Source: Spirochaetaceae bacterium
GTDB lineage: Bacteria; Spirochaetota; Spirochaetia; DSM-2461
DNA: 64,000 nt
Assembly (NCBI GenBank): GCA_965224705.1
Contig: OZ245056.1
Location: 544,001-608,000, forward strand
Direction of reading: 5' to 3'
The notes below the pieces were generated by a model. The model was given only the letters and a program-made list of their open reading frames with translations, was not told where the DNA came from and did not search any database. Shown here in pieces: positions 46,524 to 56,998 of this stretch; within the stretch, counting starts at the first letter, position 1, and every line of letters starts with the position of its first letter. The position numbers and the translations under genes are program-made.

Positions 46524-49454
46524 GGGGATTTCCAGGGTGATTTTTGATTCGTTTAATGCCTGATTGACCTTACTGGCTTCCTGTAAATCCTCATCTCCAG
46601 CAATAACCGAAATTGAACGGCTGCCCCACGAATCAAGGAGGGCTTCTGCGGCTTTTCTCACATCCTCTGCCGTTGCGTTTAATTGTGTATCTCTGTTCAA
46701 CTGCCTCAATTCATCCGTTATGCCATAGAGTTTACGCTTAAAGGCTATCACCCCCCTCTCTTTTGGCTTAAAAGGTTTAAGTTCCCGGCCTGTTGAACCA
46801 ATTATTGCCATTTTTACTGTATCATCGTCGAGGTTCCCGGCCGCCCATTCCAATGATTCACGGAAGGCTGTGAGACTGGGTATAATAAGGGGATCCCTGT
46901 AAGTTGAAAAAGTAAAGGTTCCTTCAAGTCCCGATACAGAAGCAGAAGTGCCATAGGCCCCGCCCTTCATCCGTATATTCTCCCAGAGGTAGCCAGTCTT
47001 TAAAACATGAGCCAGGAGAACGGCCATGGCATGTTCTGGAGATCCAGTGCGGGGAGCTGGCAGGCTCAGGGCTGAATAAGAAACTGCCGAGCTGGTTGAT
47101 ATCGATTCGGCAACAGTTTCATGGCGAAAAAGTGGCGGCATTCTGGAAGGTGCGAGTGATCCAACAGGCAGGGAGGATACTCTTTCCAATGTCCTGTTAA
47201 GAATTGTTGAATCGGCGTCAAAATCAGATGTAACAGCGAGGGAAAGATTGGTCTGCTGCAGGATGGATTCCCTAATCCTCTTCAAGGCCCTGGAAGCAAT
47301 ACTGGCTCGCTCCTTATTCTGAGCGATTGATTGAAGAAACTGATATTGACTGATGCCATACCATAAATCCTCCCATGAAGAGCTTATTGAATGCTTTGCA
47401 CTTGCCCGCATTGACGCAAATGCATTGCCAGAGGGAATGATGGCAGAGCGATAATCATTACGGAGTTCTATTAACAGATCATCAACTCTCTTCAAATTAT
47501 CAAAATCTGCAGAATGAAGGATTTCCATCGTGATACCAAGGGCTTCATCCCACTGGCTGGAAAGGGCTTTCAGATGAAGAAACAATCGGAGGCTGATCCT
47601 GTTTCCGTTACTCTTGTGGATTGGTGAGGCCTCCAGCGAGCAATTCAGACCACCGATCCGCATTGCCAGTATGCGTGACACTTCGTTGTGCGGTAAACCC
47701 GGCAACCCTACATCAGTCAGAGCAAACCCGAATAAAGGCATCCAGGTTTGCAGTTCCGGGCTCAGGCCCTCAAGGTCAAAGGCCATTTCCAGGTAGGAAA
47801 TACCACTGGTCAGAGTTTCATGACTGTACCAATCTATCAAATCGTGTGTTCCAGATTCTAAAGGGATTTCAGCCACTTTTTTGGGGAGGTCTTCCGGAGA
47901 AAGAAAAGGGATTCGAGCAAGATCTTCAGGTTTGTCCGGAGTTTCCTGAAAAGATTTCAGGTTCTCACTGGATAGTTCCAGGGTCTTTAGATCTTCGGGG
48001 CTGAGTTTTCCATATACCTCTCTCAAGTGGATTCTATCTTCCTCTTCACGGCGTTCATTCAAACCTGGAGATGGGCTGAGCACAACCGTTGTACGATGCG
48101 AGTTATCGATAAGAGATTTTCTTATCAATTCTTCAAAATAGCTTTTTCCCTGATTTTCCCGGAGATTCTTCATTGGCCGCTCAAAGGACATGCTTTCCCC
48201 AGGAGGCTTATCATGCAGCCAGCCTCTGACAGCCCGCTGCATTAAGCGAAGTCCGAAGGGCATACTGCCGCTGATTTCCCGAAAACGGAATTCGACGCTC
48301 CTCAAAGCTCCTTCGACAAGATCATCATCCAGTTTACGAGAAGATTTCTCCAGGGAATCAAAGATGACTTTCTCTATCTCGACATCCTTTCCCGGATCGG
48401 TTCCCCTGAGAGCAACTGTGAAAATCATCTGTCGAAGACTGGTATCTAAACCGCTGATGGGAGAAAGATCTTCTCCCAGGGCACTGTCAATCAGGGCCTG
48501 TTGTAGAGGAGAACCGCTGTGACCCAGCAGGATATACGATAGAACCTGTGCGTCAAGAAACTGTTTCAAATCTGTCGTATCACCCCAGAGCCAATTCTGG
48601 CTGACTATGGATTTACCCTGAACTCTCTCATCGGGACTACAGGGCCAATACCCGGTCATACGCTTCGGTTCAGGCCAGGGACTCTGCATGGAGATCTGTG
48701 ATGCAATCTTCCGGTACTGGAATTTACTGAGGTATTCGGAGTCCAATACGGTCAACACCTCTTCCAGATTGTGATTTCCATATAGAAATATTCGTGAATT
48801 TGAGGGTTGGTAATAAGTTTCATGGAAGTTAATAAAGCTTTCATAAGTGAGTTCAGGGATGTGTTTCGGAGCACCGCCGGAATCCCATCTATAAGGTGTA
48901 TCAGGAAGAATCGACCTCACAGTTAAATCCTCCGCTACAGATTCAGGAGATGAGTAGCTGCCCTTCATTTCATTAAGAACAATGCCGGAACGTACCAACC
49001 AGCCATTTTTTTCAATTTCCAGTCTATGCCCCTCCTGCTCAAAGGCTTCCTTTTTAAGATTTGGAAAGAAAACAGCATCTCCATAGACACGTAAGAGATT
49101 GAAAAAATCAGCCTTGACAGTACTTGATGCGGGGTAAACCGTTTTATCCGGGTAAGTCATGGCATTGAGGAATGTGTGAGTACTGCCCTTGAGAAGAACC
49201 AGGAAGGGATCCTTTAGGGGGTATCGCTGCGATCCGCATAGAACGGCATGCTCCATTATATGAGGGACACCTGTATGGTCAAAAGGTGGAGTGCGGAAGA
49301 TGAATGCGAAAAGATTTTCTTCATCGTCGACGTTGACTTTGTATATTTCCGCACCTGTCTGGATATGCCGGAGATGAATACCGTCAGCCTGATATTCGGC
49401 GAGTGAATCTATGGAAATAGTTTCAAATCCCGGGAAACTGAAGTCTTTTTTCAT
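46512..49454 (-). CDS. M16C insulinase-family (presequence protease-like) peptidase
   Basis: HIMEH, FLNAMTYPDKTVYP and IRMKGGAYG. Confidence 0.94.
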   Translation of the reverse strand: MKKDFSFPGFETISIDSLAEYQADGIHLRHIQTGAEIYKVNVDDEENLFAFIFRTPPFDHTGVPHIMEHAVLCGSQRYPLKDPFLVLLKGSTHTFLNAMTYPDKTVYPASSTVKADFFNLLRVYGDAVFFPNLKKEAFEQEGHRLEIEKNGWLVRSGIVLNEMKGSYSSPESVAEDLTVRSILPDTPYRWDSGGAPKHIPELTYESFINFHETYYQPSNSRIFLYGNHNLEEVLTVLDSEYLSKFQYRKIASQISMQSPWPEPKRMTGYWPCSPDERVQGKSIVSQNWLWGDTTDLKQFLDAQVLSYILLGHSGSPLQQALIDSALGEDLSPISGLDTSLRQMIFTVALRGTDPGKDVEIEKVIFDSLEKSSRKLDDDLVEGALRSVEFRFREISGSMPFGLRLMQRAVRGWLHDKPPGESMSFERPMKNLRENQGKSYFEELIRKSLIDNSHRTTVVLSPSPGLNERREEEDRIHLREVYGKLSPEDLKTLELSSENLKSFQETPDKPEDLARIPFLSPEDLPKKVAEIPLESGTHDLIDWYSHETLTSGISYLEMAFDLEGLSPELQTWMPLFGFALTDVGLPGLPHNEVSRILAMRIGGLNCSLEASPIHKSNGNRISLRLFLHLKALSSQWDEALGITMEILHSADFDNLKRVDDLLIELRNDYRSAIIPSGNAFASMRASAKHSISSSWEDLWYGISQYQFLQSIAQNKERASIASRALKRIRESILQQTNLSLAVTSDFDADSTILNRTLERVSSLPVGSLAPSRMPPLFRHETVAESISTSSAVSYSALSLPAPRTGSPEHAMAVLLAHVLKTGYLWENIRMKGGAYGTSASVSGLEGTFTFSTYRDPLIIPSLTAFRESLEWAAGNLDDDTVKMAIIGSTGRELKPFKPKERGVIAFKRKLYGITDELRQLNRDTQLNATAEDVRKAAEALLDSWGSRSISVIAGDEDLQEASKVNQALNESKITLEIPLPS

Positions 49455-49840
49455 AGCGTATCCTTGATGATCGGACCTCTCCAGTGATGATAAGCACCGT
49501 AGTATGTTACATTATAATATCCATTTTCTCCCAGTTGTTTCGCAGATCTCTGCACTGTTCGCTGATTTGGACCAAATACAAAGATTTTTTCAAACAGGTT
49601 TTCGGCCGGAAAGAATCTCTGAGGAAGTGGGTAGGGATTGTTTAAGGAAGCTGGAACATGTTCAGTTTTGAAGTCAATTGGATCCCGGACATCAATAATT
49701 GTAAATTGATATTCGTTCTTTTCAAGAAGTCTTATGAGCTCCTGCTCAACATTCAAACGGTGAAAGTGCTGTTTAAGGTGTCTCGCTACTATTAAAGTGA
49801 ATACCGCAACAGTACCGAGTACACCAAAAAAGACAATCAT
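49451..49840 (-). CDS. Rhodanese-like domain protein with N-terminal TM helix
   Basis: IIDVRDPIDFKTEHVPASLN. Confidence 0.78.
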   Translation of the reverse strand: MIVFFGVLGTVAVFTLIVARHLKQHFHRLNVEQELIRLLEKNEYQFTIIDVRDPIDFKTEHVPASLNNPYPLPQRFFPAENLFEKIFVFGPNQRTVQRSAKQLGENGYYNVTYYGAYHHWRGPIIKDTL

Positions 49841-49854
49841 TTTTCGAAAGAAAC

Positions 49855-50070
49855 CTAACGGCCCTGAGGTGTTACTTTTCGGAGTTTTTTCATTTGTTTT
49901 CTTACCAAAGCCTTCTTCTTTCTATTTTTGATCGTCGATGGTTTCTCAAAATACTCCCGTCGTTTGAATTCCCGGATTATCCCTTCTTTTTCCACCATGC
50001 GCTTGAATCGTTTGACAGCTTTTTCCAAGGGCTCATCTTCATTAACTCTTATATAGGCGATTTGAATCAC
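49855..50070 (-). CDS. rpsU: 30S ribosomal protein bS21
   Basis: [33 protein letters not shown]. The start is possibly ATC at 50061 (see findings). Confidence 0.96.
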   Translation of the reverse strand: MIQIAYIRVNEDEPLEKAVKRFKRMVEKEGIIREFKRREYFEKPSTIKNRKKKALVRKQMKKLRKVTPQGR

Positions 50071-50120
50071 CTCCCCTTTCTATGAATTTCAATTCAATAA
50101 CCTGAATCAAAAAATGCCAG

Positions 50121-50282
50121 GAGTCTGTCGGATTTTAAGGCTTCGAGGCGATTTTCGATAATTTCTTCCTGATGCAAGGCGACAAAAACTTAAGCGTAGC
50201 TGGGCTACGTGGGTATTCTGGCAACGCCGCAGCAGGGAAAAAGGGCAAAAATCGATCCGTGAGACGTAAATCCGACAGACTC
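50121..50282 (-). mobile_element. MITE family A, 162 bp
   Basis: GAGTCTGTCGGATTT...AAATCCGACAGACTC with flanks CCAG/CTGG. Confidence 0.9.
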
Positions 50283-50292
50283 CTGGAACAGT

Positions 50293-51213
50293 CTAGGGAT
50301 ACAGGGATTCAATGTCAATAAGGGGACGATCAAGATATTGAGATGGCTGGATTGCTGTTGTACTTGTCCTGAGCTCCCAATGAAGATGCTCGCCGGTCGC
50401 AAACCCGGTTGCACCCAGAGTTCCAATTTCATCCCCCGCCTCAACAATCTGACCCAAACTCGCTTTAATTGTATCCAGGTGGTAATAGAGGGTATACACT
50501 CCGGGAAGATGTTCGAGAATGACCGTATTACCTGTAAGATACCGTTCGACAGCCATCACAACACGCCCCTTACCAGCAGCCAGAATGCTGGTCCCGGGTT
50601 TTTCCCAGAGATCCTGACCTGCGTGGATAGACGCATTCTCAGAACCATCAAGTTTTTGATACAGACGCCGTTCCCCAAAATCAGAAGTTACCGTTCCTTT
50701 GATAACAGGCTTCAGAAATGCTCCGGTATGATGAATCTCATTGGAATTAAACTGAGTCAGCACACCCCACAATGCTCTGGCTTCCTTCTTTTTCCGCTCT
50801 GAGTTTTCAGTATACAGAGTATTCATCGTTTCATTCAAACGGATGATGTTCTCAGGATATGAAGAACTGCGAACCGTGATGGTATCCTCCAGGTTCCACT
50901 GAGCCTGACCATCCCTGGCATGAAGGGCAATTGTGTAACGTCCCTGAGGCAGATCCGAAGGAATTCCGAGCAAGGCTACATTCACCCCTGAGCCATCAGG
51001 TCCTGTCCACACGAATCCTGAAGCTCTGCTGACAGCCTTCCCCTGACCATTAAACAGTGACACAGACACATCGTCGAGTAATACTCCATGCACTGAAACC
51101 TGTATGGCATTTCCTGGATCAGCATAGTCTGGTACAATAAGTACGGGCTCGACTGCACCCAGCAAATACCCTGCGGTAAGGAAGAGAAGGGCGGTGATAT
51201 TCAACTTGAGCAA
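50293..51213 (-). CDS. M23 family metallopeptidase
   Basis: HAGQD, YTLYYHL and ATGEHLHWE. The start is TTG 51213 after GGAGG. Confidence 0.9.
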   Translation of the reverse strand: MLKLNITALLFLTAGYLLGAVEPVLIVPDYADPGNAIQVSVHGVLLDDVSVSLFNGQGKAVSRASGFVWTGPDGSGVNVALLGIPSDLPQGRYTIALHARDGQAQWNLEDTITVRSSSYPENIIRLNETMNTLYTENSERKKKEARALWGVLTQFNSNEIHHTGAFLKPVIKGTVTSDFGERRLYQKLDGSENASIHAGQDLWEKPGTSILAAGKGRVVMAVERYLTGNTVILEHLPGVYTLYYHLDTIKASLGQIVEAGDEIGTLGATGFATGEHLHWELRTSTTAIQPSQYLDRPLIDIESLYP

Positions 51214-53372
51214 GGTGCTGCCTCCAATATGGTTAGTCGGCGGGAGATTTCTCCCCGCCAACGGTCTTTGTCAATTGTATATACAAGATCTATATCCTTA
51301 CCAATATGGATGTCTCTACCATAGTGGTCGGCTCCATCCCACCAGAGGGCAGGCCATTTCTCCTTTCCCAAAGAGACAACAAGCTTGAGATGATTGCTTT
51401 TTTCTTTCCCAACAAGGTTTGCACTTTGAACAGGTACAGATCTCGTAAGAAAAGTAAGGGGCTGGAACTCTTTGCCGTAGGGCTCAAGGCGATCCAGCAG
51501 GGATTCAAGTCCCTGAGAACCCATTTTTATGAATTCTCCATGAGACAGCTCTGCATCAATGATAACGGGTTCCTCCTGCGCCGATGATAGGGGTGTTTCA
51601 GCTATCCACTCCTTGCATTTTGTGGTTAATTCATCCACTTTACTTCTGTCGATCTGGAATCCGCCAGCCTGGGGATGACCTCCATAACTGTCAAACAGCG
51701 ATGACATGGCTTCCAGCCAGATAAGGGCATTGATACCAGCATTACTGCGAATTGATCCCGAAGCATTTTCCATTCTCCGAGAAATAACAACAGATGTAAC
51801 ACCCAGGGTTTTTTGGAGACGGCTGGCCAGGATGCCCGTTATACCCCTGGGTATCTCATTATCGGCAACAATGGCCATTCGCCCACTGAATTCATCCCTG
51901 GATTGATATGCGGCTGGAAGAATACTCTCCCAGATCTGGTTTCCCAAAGCACGTCTCTTCTTATTGAAGCCGATTAACTCACTGGATAATGCGGTGATTC
52001 TCGAAGTATCATTGGAGAGCAGGAATTCAACAGCCACATCAGCCCGCCCCATCCGACCGGAAGCATTGATGAGAGGACATAACTGCCAGGCTATTTCAAC
52101 ACTGTCGATTCGTCCTTCATGAAACTCCTGCTGAATCAACAGTTCCCGCAATGCGGTTCTTCTCTCTTTAATTCCATCTATGGCATTGAGACGATTGATT
52201 CCCAGGCCAACGAGAATACGATTTTCATCAAGCAGGGGCATAAGATCGGCAAGAGTAGCGATGGCAACCAGATCCAGGTCTCTCCGCCACATATTGAAAG
52301 ATTCAGAAAATCTTCTGGTATACAGAGTTATAAGGAGGTTGCCCAGGGTGGATAGTATACCTTTCTGACCTGGGAAGTATTGAGCTAAACGGCTTCGTCC
52401 TTCCAATTTTTCTACTGAATGACCTTTGAGACTGGGAAATGTAGAAGTTAAATCGGGTTCAATATCGATGACATGAACATCATCTGTTCCAAAAAAATTT
52501 GAAATCAAAGGCACCTGATTGGCTTTCCCATAAGTAAATAACAGCTGTCCATCAATGAAACGCAGTGCTTCGTTCCTTCCAGCTTCACCTTCATCCTGAG
52601 AGACATGAAGGCGCTGGATCTCAACCAGGTTGCGCATTTTAAGGGCTTCAAAAACAATTGATGACTCAAAACCGTTGTTGTCAGGGTTTGTTCTATTATC
52701 TACGCTGACATGAATAAGACAGAATTCTTCACACCAGAGCTCTGTTCCTGCAAAGCACAGTGCCCACTGAAACTTTGAGACAACACCAGCGGCGCACAGT
52801 CCATTGAAGGGATAATCTCCCGGTATCCTGGGGTTGACTATGGCATATGCAGCGGGAATCTCATTTCCTCTGGGCATGTGGTGATCAAATACCAGTACAT
52901 CCATACCAAGATGATTCGCCAGTTCAATTTCTGCAAACTCGGTGATACCACAGTCCACCGTTATTACAAGTGTGATATTCTCTACGGCCTTTGCCTCCAG
53001 AACTTCAATACTTAAACCATATGTTTCCTCTCCAACAGGCACACGCCATTCCGGTTCAATACCCACCGAACGAAGTGCCTGGATCATGAGAACTGTACTT
53101 GTGATGCCATCGGCATCCTTATCCCCGCAAACCAGAACCTTCTCACCTGCTTCCACGGCGGATAATACCCGTTCAACTGCTCTCTCCATCTGGGGAAATA
53201 AAAAGGGATTGTGAAGAAACCGCTCATCATCTTCCAGAAAAAAACCAATTTGCTCGGGTTCAGACATGTTTCGGCGAGTAAGAATTGCAGCAGTCAGTAG
53301 ATCCAGATTGTATAACTCTGCTACAGCCCGCACCCTGTCAGAATCAACCGGCGGTTTTATCCATTTTTTCAA
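51201..53372 (-). CDS. recJ: ssDNA exonuclease RecJ
   Basis: GDKDADG, TVDCG, FDHH, INASGR and GGHPQAGG. Confidence 0.94.
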   Translation of the reverse strand: MKKWIKPPVDSDRVRAVAELYNLDLLTAAILTRRNMSEPEQIGFFLEDDERFLHNPFLFPQMERAVERVLSAVEAGEKVLVCGDKDADGITSTVLMIQALRSVGIEPEWRVPVGEETYGLSIEVLEAKAVENITLVITVDCGITEFAEIELANHLGMDVLVFDHHMPRGNEIPAAYAIVNPRIPGDYPFNGLCAAGVVSKFQWALCFAGTELWCEEFCLIHVSVDNRTNPDNNGFESSIVFEALKMRNLVEIQRLHVSQDEGEAGRNEALRFIDGQLLFTYGKANQVPLISNFFGTDDVHVIDIEPDLTSTFPSLKGHSVEKLEGRSRLAQYFPGQKGILSTLGNLLITLYTRRFSESFNMWRRDLDLVAIATLADLMPLLDENRILVGLGINRLNAIDGIKERRTALRELLIQQEFHEGRIDSVEIAWQLCPLINASGRMGRADVAVEFLLSNDTSRITALSSELIGFNKKRRALGNQIWESILPAAYQSRDEFSGRMAIVADNEIPRGITGILASRLQKTLGVTSVVISRRMENASGSIRSNAGINALIWLEAMSSLFDSYGGHPQAGGFQIDRSKVDELTTKCKEWIAETPLSSAQEEPVIIDAELSHGEFIKMGSQGLESLLDRLEPYGKEFQPLTFLTRSVPVQSANLVGKEKSNHLKLVVSLGKEKWPALWWDGADHYGRDIHIGKDIDLVYTIDKDRWRGEISRRLTILEAAPCSS

Positions 53373-54691
53373 TGAGATATCTCCTCAATGATAAGAGTAT
53401 CTCGCAGAGTATGAGTTTTTGAATCTATCTGCATGAAGGATCCCAGATGATCTTCTGCCGTATCCAGCCGTTTTTCTTCATTGGCCCATAACCGCATTAC
53501 GGTTTCACCAGCATGGACGCTCTCTCCTGTTTTTTTTACTATTTCTATTCCGGCCAAAGGGTCTACAGGATCGGCAGCAGTATCCCGACCAACTCCCAAT
53601 GCAACACTGGCTGTTCCAACGGCAAGGGCATCCATGCCGGATATGTACCCCGAGTTCTTTGCGCTGATATCCCGTGAAAACCTTGCCCTGGCACTTCCCA
53701 ACATGGCATCCATTTCATCCAGTCTTCCTCCCTGAAATTTTATGTTTTCACGGAATTTCCTCATCGCTGTTCCATCAGAAATTACATTTTTACAGAGACT
53801 TTCAGCCTCCGAAATACTCTTCTGCAATCCGGCAGCAACAAGCATCCATGCTGTCAGTCTGTAAGTGACTTCCATTACATCTGCCGGGCCATTGCCTCCG
53901 AGGCAATCAACTGCTTCTTCTACCTCCAGGAAGTTGCCGACTTTCCGGCCAAGAGGTTCTGACATATCGGTGAGCACTGCAATTACCTGGCGATTAAGCT
54001 TCCTGCCGGTAAGAACAAGGGATTTTGCCAGAGCTCTGGCATCTTCTCTCGTTTTCATAAATGCTCCCCTACCACACTTCACATCCATAACCAGAGCATC
54101 AGCACCCTCTGCAAATTTCTTGGAGAGAATGCTTCCTGTAATCAAAGGAATTGATTCCACAGCCGCAATGACATCCCGAAGGGCATACAGTTTTTTATCG
54201 GCCGGAACGATTTCTTCGCTTTGACCGGTCATTGCATAACCAACTTTGTCAACACATTCCACAAACTGCTGAGGCGGAAGTACTGTTGTATAACCGGGAA
54301 TAGAATCAAGTTTGTCCAGTGTTCCACCAGTGTGTCCAAGAGCACGGCCGCTCATCATAGGAACTTTTACACCACAGGCCGCAGCAACAGGTGCAAGAAC
54401 CAGAGAGATTTTATCTCCCACACCGCCTGTGGAATGCTTATCAACCAATGGTCCCCTGCGTGAAGAAAAGTTGATAACCTCTCCTGAGTCTATCATGGCC
54501 TGGGTAAGGTACCCTGTTTCTTCAGGTGTCATGCCCCTTAGAAAAACAGCCATACACCAGGCTGCAGCCTGGTAATCGGGTATATCTCCCCTGGCATAGC
54601 CGGAAATAAATGAAACAATTTGTTCTGCTTTGAGAGCCTGTCCATCCCGTTTAGCCGCTATGATATCAACCGCTCGCAAAGAATCATTCAT
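53369..54691 (-). CDS. pdp: Thymidine/pyrimidine-nucleoside phosphorylase
   Basis: DKHSTGGVGDK, SGRALGHTGGTLDKL and YALRDV. Confidence 0.93.
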   Translation of the reverse strand: MNDSLRAVDIIAAKRDGQALKAEQIVSFISGYARGDIPDYQAAAWCMAVFLRGMTPEETGYLTQAMIDSGEVINFSSRRGPLVDKHSTGGVGDKISLVLAPVAAACGVKVPMMSGRALGHTGGTLDKLDSIPGYTTVLPPQQFVECVDKVGYAMTGQSEEIVPADKKLYALRDVIAAVESIPLITGSILSKKFAEGADALVMDVKCGRGAFMKTREDARALAKSLVLTGRKLNRQVIAVLTDMSEPLGRKVGNFLEVEEAVDCLGGNGPADVMEVTYRLTAWMLVAAGLQKSISEAESLCKNVISDGTAMRKFRENIKFQGGRLDEMDAMLGSARARFSRDISAKNSGYISGMDALAVGTASVALGVGRDTAADPVDPLAGIEIVKKTGESVHAGETVMRLWANEEKRLDTAEDHLGSFMQIDSKTHTLRDTLIIEEISH

Positions 54692-54886
54692 CTGTATTCC
54701 TCCGGAATTCGATATTCATGATTACACAGGGTACCTCTGAAGAGCAATATTGTATACCTGCCGGACGATGTGAAAAGCATTGGGTAAATATGATGGTATA
54801 CTGATTCATAAATCATTCTCTAAACTGTATAAACCGTCTTGCATCCTGTTTCAGGACAGAGAGCAGGTCTCATCCTTTTCCACTAT

Positions 54887-55660
54887 TCATCCAATCAGGG
54901 AACGAAACCCTCGGGGGTATTGAGAAATTACCTTGAGCTGATATTCAAGAAGTCTCTGAACGATACAGACAACCCACTCCTCAACCGCTGGAAGGTTGCT
55001 GTACTCTAATTCAATCCTTAACGAATCTTCAATGCTTCCCGATATACGCTGAAGCCAGGCCCGAGCTCCGTCAGAAATCTTCCGTCCCTTTGATTCAGCA
55101 CATTCCGGTCCGACAAGCAAACCATCTGGCCAGAACAGGGCTGAATCACCGTTCATATCGACAGGAAGAATTTTGCCGCAGCGGCCACATCTCATTGCAT
55201 CCGGCTTAACTCCTTCAATTGATAAGAAGTGCCATAGAAAGCCTGTATTAAGTTTCCGTACATCCTTCCCGGAAATTCTTGATAAAAGAGAAAGGCTATT
55301 GGCAGCCAAATGATACAATTGAACTGAGTCGCCCCCACTTCCATGACTTTTAAGCAGTATTTCAGCCCATGCTGTTGCCGTATAAAACCTGTTCAGGTCT
55401 TCCCTGAGACCATCAGTACTCCCCTCTGGATCAAAGGCAGTCAAACGCCATCTGTCTCTGGCGCCATCAAAGTGAAGATTCGCAAGACCTGTATTATATG
55501 GAACGGCCGTGGCCCGTAATGAGTTTCGTCTCCCCTGAGCACCAAATGCCAGGGCTCTCAAAAGTCCCTCACCAGCCACCAGCATAAACAGCCCCCGGTG
55601 ATTTTCACCAACAGGATTCATTTTCAGTACGAGAGCTGGTGCTTTGACCTGACGACTCAT
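54887..55660 (-). CDS. recO: DNA repair protein RecO
   Basis: N-terminal OB-fold (ALVLK..GENHR..ALAFGA) and CGRCG Zn motif. Start at ATG 55660. Confidence 0.8.
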   Translation of the reverse strand: MSRQVKAPALVLKMNPVGENHRGLFMLVAGEGLLRALAFGAQGRRNSLRATAVPYNTGLANLHFDGARDRWRLTAFDPEGSTDGLREDLNRFYTATAWAEILLKSHGSGGDSVQLYHLAANSLSLLSRISGKDVRKLNTGFLWHFLSIEGVKPDAMRCGRCGKILPVDMNGDSALFWPDGLLVGPECAESKGRKISDGARAWLQRISGSIEDSLRIELEYSNLPAVEEWVVCIVQRLLEYQLKVISQYPRGFRSLIG

Positions 55661-55746
55661 GAAATTCCTTTCGATTAAGATACCCGTATACTCCTGATCA
55701 CTCCAGTTCACAACCCGCATATTGGGCTTTTTAACCGGTTCTCAAG

Positions 55747-55908
55747 GAGTCTGTCGGACTCTAAGACTTCGAGGCGATTTTTGATGATTTTTTCCTGATG
55801 CAAGGCGACAAAAACTTAAGCGTAGCTGGGCTACGCGAGTATTTTGGCAACGCCGCAGCAGGGAAAAAGGGCAAAAATCGAGCCGTGAGGCGGAAGTCCG
55901 ACAGACTC
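55747..55908 (-). mobile_element. MITE family A, 162 bp
   Basis: GAGTCTGTCGGACT...AGTCCGACAGACTC with 4-bp duplication CAAG. Confidence 0.9.
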
Positions 55909-55961
55909 CAAGTATACAGGATACATGGCTAATGCTATGATTCTATAGCAAGAGGCACTTA

Positions 55962-56981
55962 ATGAATACATTTACAGCTTCACAGTCACAGAAGGAATCG
56001 GGCAGAAATCACATCATTGCATTCTTCCTGATTCTATCACTGGCCCTTCCAGCATCCCTTGACTCCCGAGGAGTAGAGGAGCCGAACTCTGAAAACAACA
56101 CTCAGGTTCGTTTCATTGTTCCCAATGGAGCCACGATAGCCACCGTAGCCCTCCTTGACCTTGAGTCCATCGCCGCCGGATACGATGTTCAAATATCCAT
56201 TATCACTGCCGCCGATCTTCTGGCCGCGAAGATTATTTCCGGTGAGGCCGACTTTGCTGTTATTCCCAGTAATCTGGCCGCAATCCTCTCAAACAAGAAT
56301 ACCAGTATTCAAGCTGTCGGGCCTGTTATATGGGGCATTCTCTACATCGTAACATCTCTGGACATAGAGAGTTGGGAAGACTTGAAAGGACAAACTGTGC
56401 ATTCATTCGGGCGAGGGCTTACCCCGGACATCACGTTTCGTCATCTATCAAACCTGAACGGCATTGATCCAGAGCAGGACCTGACCATCCAATACGCATC
56501 GTCGGCTGCTGAACTGGCCCCGGCATTTCTCACCGGCAGGAGTACCGTCTCAATGATGCCCGAACCCATGTTGACAACCGTCCTGGCAAAGAAACCAGAC
56601 ACCCGTATACTGATAGATATTCAGGCGGAATGGGCTGACCGCTATGGATCATCCTATCCCCAGGCCTCTCTGGTCGTTGACAGGGAGTTCGCAAACGCCA
56701 ACAGAGAGTTTACCAGACAGCTCATCAATGCCTGTGCGACCGCTGTCAAAGATGCCAGAAACCAACCGGAAAAGGCTGGTCAGGCCGCCGTTGTCCTGTC
56801 TCCACAGCTGAATTCCGACACCTTTGCTGCTGCCATCCCCCGGATGAATTTGAGATTTGTACCGGCAGCTGCTGCTTTAACTTCGTTTGAAGACTATTTC
56901 CGAGTTCTTGAGTCCTTTGATCCTGCATCCATCGGAGGAAAGCTGCCTGGTGAGGAGTTCTACTATCCCTGGATTGAATAG
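55962..56981 (+). CDS. ABC transporter substrate-binding protein (NitT/TauT-like)
   Basis: GEADFAVIPSNLAA, GRGLTPD, PEP and SIGGKLP..EFYY. No adjacent permease. Confidence 0.8.
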   Translation: MNTFTASQSQKESGRNHIIAFFLILSLALPASLDSRGVEEPNSENNTQVRFIVPNGATIATVALLDLESIAAGYDVQISIITAADLLAAKIISGEADFAVIPSNLAAILSNKNTSIQAVGPVIWGILYIVTSLDIESWEDLKGQTVHSFGRGLTPDITFRHLSNLNGIDPEQDLTIQYASSAAELAPAFLTGRSTVSMMPEPMLTTVLAKKPDTRILIDIQAEWADRYGSSYPQASLVVDREFANANREFTRQLINACATAVKDARNQPEKAGQAAVVLSPQLNSDTFAAAIPRMNLRFVPAAAALTSFEDYFRVLESFDPASIGGKLPGEEFYYPWIE

Positions 56982-56998
56982 CTCTCAGGACATTCTCC

